Assembly: GCA_937916275.1 (NCBI GenBank)
Contig: CALFTD010000318.1
Coordinates: 27,446-91,445 of the forward strand
Source: an uncultured Planctomicrobium sp.
GTDB lineage: Bacteria; Planctomycetota; Planctomycetia; Planctomycetales; Planctomycetaceae
Reading direction: 5' to 3'
DNA: 64,000 bases
The notes under the pieces: model-generated
Told to the model about the DNA's origin: nothing
What the model saw: the letters and a program-made list of their open reading frames with translations, nothing else
Database searches by the model: none
Program-made: the position numbers and the translations under genes
Shown: positions 9,053 through 18,026 of the stretch, in pieces
How the letters are laid out: each line of letters starts with the position of its first letter
How positions within the stretch are numbered: position 1 is the stretch's first letter

Positions 9053-10729
9053 TTAAGTTGCTGATCTGCCGAACACCATCATCGTAATGTCGTCATTCTG
9101 TGGTCGACCGTCGGCGTGTTTGCGGACGTCTTCTCGTATTGTTTTTCCCATCACTTTCACATCTGGATCACAATTACAAATCAAATCTCTTAAGCGTTCC
9201 ATTCCATAGAGTTCGCTCTCAAAATTCATGGCCTCGCTGACACCATCTGTATAGAGAACGACAGTCTCCCCAGGAGCGATTCCGCGTTCACGTGTTTCAA
9301 AAGGAAACCCTTCCATGACTCCGATGGGAACTCCGACAGCATCGTCGTCGAATTCTTCCCAGGTTCCGTCAACCTTACGGATAATTGGAGACATGTGCCC
9401 AGAGTTCACGACGGACATGGAATGGTTAACTGTGTCGAGGATGGTGAGCACGAACGTCACAAACCGACCTTCAGTCGCTTTCGCACACATGTGATCGTTA
9501 ATTGCCATGACTGCTTCGCCCGCATCGGTGACGAATTCACTGACGCTGCGTACAACACTGGACATTCTTGACATTACTAATGAAGCAGGAACACCTTTCC
9601 CAGCGACGTCCCCAAACGCGAGCCAGATCTTGCCGTCTCGAGTTGGTATCACATCGTAGTAATCGCCACCAACGGCTTGGGCAGAATCATAAGATGTAAA
9701 AAATGAGTAATCAGGCAGATCGGGCAGAAACTCAGGCAGGAGAGCCTGTTGAACGCCACGAGCGATGTTCATCTCTCCTTCCTGCTTTTGTTTTTCCACA
9801 AAAGATTGCAATAGGCGAGCACTCTCGTAGGCCAGAGCTGCTTGTCCCGCGACAGTGACCATGATTTCGAGGTCTTCGTTCCGAAACTGCATCATCGGGT
9901 TTTGCGTGTCGATATTGATCACGCCGACCGGCTCACCCTGCAAGTCCAGCATCGGGACACACATCATCGACCGAATTGTCAGTGCAGAGATCGACTCGCT
10001 GGCATCGAAACGTGTGTCACTGGCAGCGTCTGCAGAAAGAATTGCTTTTTTCTGTTCCAGAACTGAACTCAAGATCGTTCGACTCAACTTGACTGTGGCG
10101 TCTTCATCTTCCCGGCGATGCTTCATTGCCCGGGGATTCATTTTTCCGGTCTTCGAATCCTTAAGAAGAATGCAACCACGGTCGGCAGCTGGGAAAATTG
10201 TAAATAATGAGTCGAGAATTTTTGGCAAAAGGGTTTCGACCTCTAATGTCCCCGCCAATGCGCGGCTAATGTCCAGGACAGCTTTTAATTTCTCTTGTGG
10301 ACGAGAATCAAGAATGCCGAGTGTTGAACTGTCCAGCGATCCAACAATCGTCGAAGAACCATCATCGGATTCGCTGACCTCCAGAGTTCCCATGTTTGCC
10401 GCGTTTTGCAGGGCATAAGATGCTGAACTGTCATCGTCATCTTGATCCGAATCGAAACGCATTAACATCGGACCAAATTTCACCCGATCATTTGTTTTGA
10501 GTTTTTGGCTCCCCTCAATTTTCTGACCATTCAGAAACGTACCGTTTCCACTTCCCATATCCTCGATAGAGAAATGAGAACCGTCTCTTACTACTTTAGC
10601 GTGCCTTCGAGAAACCATATTGGAAGGCAATTGAATATCGCATTCAGGCAATCGACCGATAACGGTTTCGTCTTGCGTCAATTCAAACGGAGTGGCTTGA
10701 CCATCCTGAAGAAGTACCATCTTGCTCAT
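9053..10729 (-). CDS. FHA + GAF + PP2C/SpoIIE-type serine phosphatase
   Basis: 558-aa ORF. FHA ([34 protein letters not shown]), a GAF core, and SpoIIE/PP2C motifs [29 protein letters not shown] and DDITMMVF. Confidence 0.85.
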   Translation of the reverse strand: MSKMVLLQDGQATPFELTQDETVIGRLPECDIQLPSNMVSRRHAKVVRDGSHFSIEDMGSGNGTFLNGQKIEGSQKLKTNDRVKFGPMLMRFDSDQDDDDSSASYALQNAANMGTLEVSESDDGSSTIVGSLDSSTLGILDSRPQEKLKAVLDISRALAGTLEVETLLPKILDSLFTIFPAADRGCILLKDSKTGKMNPRAMKHRREDEDATVKLSRTILSSVLEQKKAILSADAASDTRFDASESISALTIRSMMCVPMLDLQGEPVGVINIDTQNPMMQFRNEDLEIMVTVAGQAALAYESARLLQSFVEKQKQEGEMNIARGVQQALLPEFLPDLPDYSFFTSYDSAQAVGGDYYDVIPTRDGKIWLAFGDVAGKGVPASLVMSRMSSVVRSVSEFVTDAGEAVMAINDHMCAKATEGRFVTFVLTILDTVNHSMSVVNSGHMSPIIRKVDGTWEEFDDDAVGVPIGVMEGFPFETRERGIAPGETVVLYTDGVSEAMNFESELYGMERLRDLICNCDPDVKVMGKTIREDVRKHADGRPQNDDITMMVFGRSAT

Positions 10730-10852
10730 GAAATTTCTCTCCGAAATGAATCGGTGAAGTTGCCCAAATTACAGTTTAAAGAATCATGACCTGACTGTTT
10801 AATCAGGTACAACAATTCTCATCTTACAATACTTACTGTTACAGTGAAGTTT

Positions 10853-12133
10853 TTAAACATTAAAAATTGTCTCAACATTCCCTCGCAGAATCTGTTTGCC
10901 GAAGTCCAACGCTTGTTCCTCAGTCCAACCTCGTCCAACAACAAAATCTGTAGCAAGAACTTTCGCCAACACTCTTCGATACATGCGGAACTTAGGAAGT
11001 GCGAATTCAAGTTTGTACATGTCGCTGTAGTAGCCGATCTGTTTCGTGCGGGGAACCGCTTCCAGTCGGCTACGTGTGTCAATCTCGATATAGGTTGGGA
11101 TATTGGAATACCACCAGTGACCGTTTGTGACAACATTCGGAAAGATCCACGAATAACTCACAAGCTCTTGATTACTGGTGCTGCCCAATACTGAAACGGG
11201 GAAGGTGACATCAGGGAAGGCATTAAATAGTTGTTTATACTGAAGTAATGAGACACGTTTGTCAAAAAGATCTTGCCCTTGATAGACACCATTTTCGTAA
11301 ACCTTGCGATTCACGCCGATCATCAGATCGAAGGGCAGCTTGTGCTCAGAGCAAAACTCAGCGATGGTCCAGAAGACAAACGACGACAGCATTTCCTGTT
11401 CGGTCGAAGTCAGTCGTTGACCTTTGACAGTTCTCTTAATCACCGCTGCCGCAGCGCCTGCATCAACTTTAGCAGGTGAGAAATTTGGAGGCAGAGAAAT
11501 GGCACATGCTTTCACATTGTTGCTGACGAAATGCGCGAATAACTTACCAATGGCTTCTCTGAAGGAGGCAGCGTCTCCGACTTCAATCCCGGATGCAGCA
11601 TTCAGTCTGTTGCGGACAGACTTTTTCAGGAAGTGAAAGACGAGGTCATCCGTTCTCAAGCAAGGGATGTAAAGATTCGTATCAAATCCTTCGAGCTTGT
11701 CGTCGAAATCATTCGTCAGAAAGACTTTCTCCAGCTTACTCTTTTCGAGAACCTGTTGTTCCCAATTCTCTTCGGACATTTTGGCGAGAGCAGTATCGTA
11801 CAGGTTCTCCCAGTTGTCTTTCGTTATCCGGTCATCCGTGAAGCCGAAAAATTCCCGGCACATGTCCAACAACCAATGGACTTGAATTGTATTATCCAGG
11901 TCGGTCAACTTTTCGACCAGACGCCCCACTTTTGTTTTTGGGTCGAGTCCTTCTTCTTCAATGAGCCCTTTGTCGAGTCCAGCAGAATGCGCCAACTCTG
12001 TGTAATAATGATATCCCATGATATCTGCCAATGTCTTAGAAGCGGCAGCGTGTGGGTCAATATGTGTGTGTGGATCGATCAGAAACAGTTGTTCTAATTC
12101 GTTGAAGAGAGTTGCTTCGAGGGATGTCGTCAT
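10853..12133 (-). CDS. glucuronate isomerase (UxaC)-like protein
   Basis: The ORF track gives a TTG-initiated 449 aa reaching 12202. I prefer the ATG at 12131-12133 (MTTSLEATLF..); the ATG at 12182-12184 is also possible. The IDPHTHIDPH start and the C-terminal GHWWYSN..GYYSDMYKLEF layout parallel UxaC. Confidence 0.55.
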   Translation of the reverse strand: MTTSLEATLFNELEQLFLIDPHTHIDPHAAASKTLADIMGYHYYTELAHSAGLDKGLIEEEGLDPKTKVGRLVEKLTDLDNTIQVHWLLDMCREFFGFTDDRITKDNWENLYDTALAKMSEENWEQQVLEKSKLEKVFLTNDFDDKLEGFDTNLYIPCLRTDDLVFHFLKKSVRNRLNAASGIEVGDAASFREAIGKLFAHFVSNNVKACAISLPPNFSPAKVDAGAAAAVIKRTVKGQRLTSTEQEMLSSFVFWTIAEFCSEHKLPFDLMIGVNRKVYENGVYQGQDLFDKRVSLLQYKQLFNAFPDVTFPVSVLGSTSNQELVSYSWIFPNVVTNGHWWYSNIPTYIEIDTRSRLEAVPRTKQIGYYSDMYKLEFALPKFRMYRRVLAKVLATDFVVGRGWTEEQALDFGKQILRGNVETIFNV

Positions 12134-12198
12134 AGTTTTGGAGACTTCTTTGCAATAAACAATGTATTGCAACAGTTTCGTCATTGACGATGTGGACT

Positions 12199-12690
12199 TC
12201 AACCGTCAGACGACTTCGATTCTTCCGAACTGCAAACCTTATTACGAATCTCCGCCTCACGATCCAATGGACATTTCAGAGAGATTCGCCTAGATGTTTC
12301 GCCAATCGTCTCGATTTCAATACGAATGAGTCTTTTGGGCAACACGTCAGCGACACGATCTGCCCACTCAATCAAACAAATATTATCAGCTCCCAAAAGT
12401 TCATCCGCTCCCAGTTCAAGAAATTCATCCGTGTCGTTTAAGCGATACGCATCGATGTGACAGACAGGTACGTCTCCATCATATTCTTGTATCAAAACAA
12501 ACGTCGGGCTGTTGACCTCTTCCGGGTCGACTCCCAATTGTTTTGCAATTGCCTGGGTCAGATGAGTTTTCCCAGCACCCAGGTCACCAATCAAAGCAAT
12601 CACATCTCCGATCCGCAGAACCTCAGCCAGCTGCACACCAAACAGTTGCGTTTCTTGAAGAGAGTGGACATCAATTGAGAATGTGTGCAT
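12199..12690 (-). CDS. tsaE: tRNA t6A37 threonylcarbamoyl-transfer complex ATPase TsaE
   Basis: 163-aa ORF with P-loop IGDLGAGKTHLTQAIA and the SPTFVLIQEY and HIDAYRL motifs typical of TsaE/YjeE. Confidence 0.85.
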   Translation of the reverse strand: MHTFSIDVHSLQETQLFGVQLAEVLRIGDVIALIGDLGAGKTHLTQAIAKQLGVDPEEVNSPTFVLIQEYDGDVPVCHIDAYRLNDTDEFLELGADELLGADNICLIEWADRVADVLPKRLIRIEIETIGETSRRISLKCPLDREAEIRNKVCSSEESKSSDG

Positions 12691-12766
12691 ATCGGCTGAA
12701 ATGCTGGATCGGGCTTGTCGGAATTTAATAAGAGCTGATGATCTGGTCTCGAAATATCGTTCAACC

Positions 12767-12799
12767 GTTTAGCTGCACACTTAATGTGTGCAGCTAAAC
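12767..12799. repeat. GTTTAGC-type palindromic hairpin (terminator-like), perfect copy
   Basis: gtttagctgcacac-ttaat-gtgtgcagctaaac forms a 14-bp perfect stem with a 5-nt loop. It begins 15 nt after the stop of the radical-SAM gene. No T-tract follows. Confidence 0.85.
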
Positions 12800-12814
12800 C
12801 GCTTGAGTTTCGAA

Positions 12815-14125
12815 TCACGTATACCGAACTTCGCGGTGTTGTTCTTCGAAATACTCTGTCAGCAAGCTATCGGCTTGTAACAAACCTTTTCTGGTCAAGC
12901 GAACGGTGTCGTCTTCGACCGTGAGGTATCCGGCTTTCTCTTGATTCGCTAATGGCTCAGCAAATTCTTTTAACGGGTCAACGCTGAACTTATCTCGGAA
13001 TGGCTGCGCGGGGACGATGCCTTCTTTCATTTGCAGGATCCATTCACGAATGAGTTTTTGATGCTCGGTCGGGACCATTGCACGATTGACCGGTAGCTCT
13101 CCCGATTGAACAGTCGTCATGTAATCTTCGAGTTGGTCTTTGTTCTGATAGTGGACACCTTGTAGATGTCCGAAACTGGATACGCCGACTGCGACCAGGT
13201 CGCTGCCACGGAACAGATTGTCACGATACACGAAACGATCTGTATCCAAGCTTTTTACGAGTTCATTGCCGCTGGAAATTTGATACCCGGCAGCGAGGAA
13301 TTGATCCATCGCTTCACTCGCCCAGCGTCTCTTAGTTGGCCAGTCAGCGACTGGTGATTGGACACCATCTTCCAGGATTTCCTTGGAATAGACGGTATTC
13401 CAGGGGAGTTCCATTTGATAAACGGTGAGGTTATCCGGCTCCATTTCAAGAGCTTTCTCGACACACTTTTGCCAGTTCTCATCTGTCTCACCAACCATCC
13501 CGGCAATCAAGTCAATATTCACTTCAGGGAAACCGACCTGTTGAATCCACTCGTAGGCTTTGAGGATTTCCGGTGAAAGATGCGCGCGACCGTTCTCTTC
13601 AAGCAGTTCGTCATTGAAGTTCTCGACTCCTAATGAGACTCGCGTGACACCGATTTCTTTTAGAGTTTTGACCTTCTCGAGACTGAGCGTACCCGGCTCA
13701 CATTCAAAGGTGACCTCTTCTGCGTTGTCCCAGGAAACAGATTTGCTGAGACGTTCCCGCAGCATGAGAAGTTGTTTCGAACTGAGGTACGAAGGTGTCC
13801 CGCCGCCGAAGTAAACAAACTTCAAGACGCGGTCCTTGATCGCTGGCTGATCGCGCAGCAGTTGCACCTCTTTGTCGAGAGTGTCGACATAGTTCTTAAT
13901 CGTTTCTGCGTTCTGTTGTGTGTAAACACGAAAGTAACAGAACTTGCACCGCTTACGACAGAAAGGAATATGCAGGTACATCCCCATCGGCACGCTGCGA
14001 TCCGGTTCTGCGTTCAGCACTTCATGAAACTTGGGAGCGAGATCCTTCTTCCACTGCGAGAACGGTGGATAGTTCGAAACGAAGTAGCTGCCAATTTCGG
14101 TTGTTGCTGTTGTCTCACTTGCCAT
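12815..14125 (-). CDS. HemN-family radical SAM protein (oxygen-independent coproporphyrinogen III oxidase-like)
   Basis: The ORF is open to GTG at 14137; the first ATG is at 14123-14125. It has the CxxxCxxC site [14 protein letters not shown] and the [10 protein letters not shown] motif. Confidence 0.8.
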   Translation of the reverse strand: MASETTATTEIGSYFVSNYPPFSQWKKDLAPKFHEVLNAEPDRSVPMGMYLHIPFCRKRCKFCYFRVYTQQNAETIKNYVDTLDKEVQLLRDQPAIKDRVLKFVYFGGGTPSYLSSKQLLMLRERLSKSVSWDNAEEVTFECEPGTLSLEKVKTLKEIGVTRVSLGVENFNDELLEENGRAHLSPEILKAYEWIQQVGFPEVNIDLIAGMVGETDENWQKCVEKALEMEPDNLTVYQMELPWNTVYSKEILEDGVQSPVADWPTKRRWASEAMDQFLAAGYQISSGNELVKSLDTDRFVYRDNLFRGSDLVAVGVSSFGHLQGVHYQNKDQLEDYMTTVQSGELPVNRAMVPTEHQKLIREWILQMKEGIVPAQPFRDKFSVDPLKEFAEPLANQEKAGYLTVEDDTVRLTRKGLLQADSLLTEYFEEQHREVRYT

Positions 14126-14400
14126 ATGTTTTATCACATCGAAGAAGAAAAAATCTTTTGAAGGCTATTCCCGCGTAATGCTGGAATTAAAATTATATGC
14201 AACAGCGAGGCGAACTTCGACCCGCAAAGTTTCTTTCTTCAAGCGGATTTAGAATCGAATAAACCAGCTGACTTGTTGTAGTGATAACGAAATTTGTAAG
14301 CTTGAGGATCACCAGAACATCTGTCTGCACATCTCAATTTCGATTAAGGGGTGTGTTGTTGAGTCAGATTATCGACTTCATCTAGTATAAGGGCAAAGAT

Positions 14401-14943
14401 ATGAATCACGGCTACAACTCGATGAAGCAGATCAAGACACCGCCGCTCTTGAAAATGATTGGTCTGTCTGAAATTGGAAACGATTATCACTTCCAGGGTA
14501 AGTTGGGACTAATTCTTGAGTATATGACGCAGACGAAACCTGCACTGAAAGTCGAATCAACGGGAGATCTGCCGGGCAGCACGGACAAAATTGTTGTTGA
14601 TATCAACGATATTGCTCTCACCGCAGTTCAAGAATATCAAAAGGCGGTTGTCTCAGCGACGCCGGGTGCGAATGTTGTCATGGCGTTGAGGGATGCTCTT
14701 AAAAGCTCGAAATCAAAGCCAATGGTCGTCATCTTACGAAATGGAAAAACAGCTCCTCCAGTGACTGCTCCGATTCGCTTTGAAATCAGTTCACCAGCGA
14801 CATTAGCAGAAGTTGCTGAAGGAATTGCAATCGCACTGAAGCCATCTAAGAAAGCTGCTGGGGGTGCTGCAGCAAACAAAGCCGCACAAGTCCTCGTCGC
14901 AGGAGCCAAGACAACTGTTAAAGTCTTGAAATGCTTGGGCTAA
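14401..14943 (+). CDS. hypothetical protein
   Basis: 180-aa ATG-initiated ORF filling the gap between divergent and convergent neighbours. No recognisable domain. The A/K-rich C-terminus ends in KCLG. Confidence 0.4.
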   Translation: MNHGYNSMKQIKTPPLLKMIGLSEIGNDYHFQGKLGLILEYMTQTKPALKVESTGDLPGSTDKIVVDINDIALTAVQEYQKAVVSATPGANVVMALRDALKSSKSKPMVVILRNGKTAPPVTAPIRFEISSPATLAEVAEGIAIALKPSKKAAGGAAANKAAQVLVAGAKTTVKVLKCLG

Positions 14944-14958
14944 CAGAGCGGTAGAAAT

Positions 14959-16743
14959 TTATCTCAGGTGAAAGGCGTTTTGAAGTGACTCAAAACCCGC
15001 TTGACCAGCTTTGGAGTCGACGACGGCACTCATACGGATTTCGCTGGTGTTGATCATTTGGATATTGATATTTGCATCAGCGAGAGCTTTGAACATTCTC
15101 TCTCCGACGCCAGTGTGTGTTCTTAATCCAATGCCGACGACCGTCAGTTTATCGATCTCAGCTTCATGGCTGACGGTGGCGTTCTCCCAACTCGCTGCGA
15201 GGTCTTCGGCGAGTGCTAAACACTTTTGCAAGTCGGTTCTTGGAATAGTGAAAGAGACCTCAGCGTGACCAGTATCGCTAACATTTTGGACGATCATGTC
15301 GACCATGATGTTTTTATTCGCGACAGCACTAAAGAGTTGAGAAGACGAACCGGGAAGATCGGGGATATGATGCAGCGTCACACGCGATTGTGATTCGTCG
15401 AGCAAGACTTCGCTAACAACGATGTCTTCCATGTTCGCCAGTTTTCCGACAATTTCAGAGAGTAACTTCTCGTCGCTATTCACGTCTAAGCGTTGCTCTT
15501 TCGCCTGTTGAATCCCAACTGCGGGTGACTGTGGAAGTTCGGTTTCCATATGGAAACCTTGATGAACTGCCAGCAGTGCTTCATCACAACGATCTCGTTC
15601 GACCAGCACAGAGATTTTGATCTCGCTGGTGGTGATCATCTCCAGGTTGATCCCTTTCTCTAACAACGTCTGAAACATTTGTGCCGCAACTCCCGAGTGG
15701 CTTTGCATCCCGCTCCCGACAACAGAGACCTTAGCGACATTGGTTCCGCTGCGAATCGTGCCTGCTCCCAGAATTTTGACTGCCTCGTTTGCTGCGGTTA
15801 ACGTATCGGCTAAGTCTCCTTCGGGGACAGTAAATGAAACAGTCGCTTTGCCATCGACAGCGACGTTCTGAACAACCATATCCACGGGGATTTTTCGCTT
15901 CGACATGCAAGCGAATATGCTACTTGTCACCCCCGGTTGATCGGGGAGGTCAGCTAATGTGACTCGGGCTTCGTTACGAGCAAGGGCAAGACCTGAAACG
16001 ACACGCGATTCACCCAGATTGGCAATCAGCGTTCCTTCACCATCAGCGAATGAAGGACGAACCCGCAGCGGAACGCGGAATTTCTTCGCGAATTCAATCG
16101 AACGTGAGTGCATGACACCCGCTCCTAAACTGGCAAGTTCCAACATTTCATCATACGCCAGTTGAGAAACCTTTCTCGCTTCGGTAACCACACGAGGGTC
16201 TGTCGTAAAAACTCCCTCGACATCGGTGTAAATCTGACATTCATCAGCTTTCAATGCTGCCGCGAGTGCAGTCGCCGTTGTATCGCTGCCGCCTCTGCCC
16301 AGAGTTGTGATGTTCATTTCAGGATCGACTCCCTGAAATCCGCAAGCGATTACGATCTCACCCGCATCCAAGTGCTTGCGAATTCTCTCTGTAGATATCG
16401 ATTCAATTCGTGCTTTAGAAAATGTGGAGTCGGTAATGATTCCGATTTGACCACCAGTGAGGCTGACAGCTTTTTCGCCCAGCGAGTGAACCGCCATTGC
16501 CATCAGCGAAACTGATTCTTGCTCGCCAGTTGAAAGCAACATGTCCATCTCGCGGGCGGCTGGTTGATCAGACATTTCGGCAGCGAGCCGAACGAGTTCG
16601 TCCGTTTTCTTACCACGAGCGGACACAACCATCACGACCTGATGCCCAGCTTGTTTCGTAGCGACTGCACGGGCAGCGGCTGCGCGAATTTTATCAGCAT
16701 TGGCGACGCTTGTTCCGCCGAATTTTTGTACAATAATAGACAC
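14959..16743 (-). CDS. lysC: aspartate kinase, long form with four ACT domains
   Basis: 594-aa ORF with a GTG start and kinase motifs VQKFGGTSV and GRGGSDTTA. The ACT pair is visibly duplicated (..VTLADLPDQPGVTSSIF.. and ..VTLHHIPDLPGSSSQLF..). Confidence 0.9.
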   Translation of the reverse strand: MSIIVQKFGGTSVANADKIRAAAARAVATKQAGHQVVMVVSARGKKTDELVRLAAEMSDQPAAREMDMLLSTGEQESVSLMAMAVHSLGEKAVSLTGGQIGIITDSTFSKARIESISTERIRKHLDAGEIVIACGFQGVDPEMNITTLGRGGSDTTATALAAALKADECQIYTDVEGVFTTDPRVVTEARKVSQLAYDEMLELASLGAGVMHSRSIEFAKKFRVPLRVRPSFADGEGTLIANLGESRVVSGLALARNEARVTLADLPDQPGVTSSIFACMSKRKIPVDMVVQNVAVDGKATVSFTVPEGDLADTLTAANEAVKILGAGTIRSGTNVAKVSVVGSGMQSHSGVAAQMFQTLLEKGINLEMITTSEIKISVLVERDRCDEALLAVHQGFHMETELPQSPAVGIQQAKEQRLDVNSDEKLLSEIVGKLANMEDIVVSEVLLDESQSRVTLHHIPDLPGSSSQLFSAVANKNIMVDMIVQNVSDTGHAEVSFTIPRTDLQKCLALAEDLAASWENATVSHEAEIDKLTVVGIGLRTHTGVGERMFKALADANINIQMINTSEIRMSAVVDSKAGQAGFESLQNAFHLR

Positions 16744-16823
16744 GTAAACAGCTTTCCGGAATTCCGCGAATCAATGTTTCGAATTCGCTTGAGATCGAAT
16801 CTCTTAATGAGTTAAGCAGACAA

Positions 16824-16849
16824 GTTTAGCTGCACACATTATGTGTGCA
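16824..16849. repeat. GTTTAGC-type hairpin, degenerate copy
   Basis: gtttagctgcacac-attat-gtgtgca has the same left arm as the 12767 copy, and its right outer arm has decayed. It lies 5 nt after the epimerase stop. Confidence 0.7.
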
Positions 16850-16854
16850 AATCC

Positions 16855-17862
16855 TCACGCGTTGTAATAATCGCGATACCACTCAACAAAGCGTTCAATC
16901 CCGACATCAATAGACGTTGATGGAGTGTACCCGGTCGCTTGTTGTAGTGCGTCAATATCCGCATAAGTCGCGGGGACGTCGCCCGGTTGCAATTCGAGCA
17001 AGTTTTTCTCGGCTGTTTTGCCCAGTTCCTTTTCTAATGTTTCAATCATCGTCAGCAATTCCACCGATTGGTGATTGCCGATGTTGTGGATCTTGTACGG
17101 TGCTTTGGATGTCGCTGGATTCGGTTCGTCACCGTTCCATGTCGAATCGGGAGTCGCTGGATTGTCGATGACGCCGCAAACCCCGGAAACGATATCATCA
17201 ATATAGGTGAAGTCGCGTCGCATTTTTCCGTGGTTGAAAACGTCGATAGGTTTCCCTTCCAGGATCGCCTTTGTAAACAGGAACAAAGCCATATCGGGGC
17301 GCCCCCAAGGACCATAGACGGTGAAGAATCGCAATCCGGTTGTCGGCAATCCGTACAAATGGCTGTAAGAGTGTGCCATCAGTTCGTTCGATTTCTTTGA
17401 AGCTGCATATAAGCTGACAGGATGATCGACGTTATCGCTGACGGAAAATGGCATTTGAGTGTTTGACCCGTAAACAGAACTGCTCGACGCATAGACGAGA
17501 TGTTTCACGTTATTGTGACGGCAACCCTCCAACACATTCAAAAAGCCAACGATATTACTTGAGATGTAGGAATGCGGATTGGTCAACGAATAACGGACCC
17601 CAGCTTGGGCTGCCAGATTCACCACGACGTCAAATTTTTCTTCCTGGAAGAGTTCTGACATCACGGTCTGATCGACCAAGTCAATCTTTTCGAAGCGGAA
17701 TGATTCATGCGGCGAAAGCTCTGCTAGCCGAGCTTCTTTCAATTCAACGCTGTAGTAATCATTCAGATTATCAATGCCGACGACTTCCTCACCTCGCTCG
17801 AGTAACTTTCGCGAGAGATGAAATCCAATAAACCCTGCGGCGCCTGTGACCAGAATTTTCAT
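16855..17862 (-). CDS. NAD-dependent sugar-nucleotide epimerase (UDP-glucuronate 4-epimerase-like extended SDR)
   Basis: 335-aa ORF with Rossmann motif VTGAAGFIGFHL and catalytic YAASK. Overall it resembles GalE/Cap1J-type epimerases. Confidence 0.85.
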   Translation of the reverse strand: MKILVTGAAGFIGFHLSRKLLERGEEVVGIDNLNDYYSVELKEARLAELSPHESFRFEKIDLVDQTVMSELFQEEKFDVVVNLAAQAGVRYSLTNPHSYISSNIVGFLNVLEGCRHNNVKHLVYASSSSVYGSNTQMPFSVSDNVDHPVSLYAASKKSNELMAHSYSHLYGLPTTGLRFFTVYGPWGRPDMALFLFTKAILEGKPIDVFNHGKMRRDFTYIDDIVSGVCGVIDNPATPDSTWNGDEPNPATSKAPYKIHNIGNHQSVELLTMIETLEKELGKTAEKNLLELQPGDVPATYADIDALQQATGYTPSTSIDVGIERFVEWYRDYYNA

Positions 17863-18026
17863 TGAAGATTTTATTCCTGATGAATTTATGCGGTGACTAA
17901 TCCCGCATTGCTTCGAATGTGAGTCGTACTGAAAGTCGCTTCGTCAATGTTGACACGCTCGATAATTTCCGTCCTGACCGCTAGTCTACCGGCTATTGGT
18001 AATAATGAAAATCAACGGAACTCAGC

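Noticed and set aside
9855-10418. 187-aa plus-strand ORF. Similar long shadow ORFs occur at 11633-12097, 41687-42283, 46765-47394, 50196-50787 and 57539-57967.
   Set aside because: All overlap, antisense or out of frame, genes with strong family signatures. Their compositions are Ser/Arg/Leu-biased, as expected for non-coding frames.
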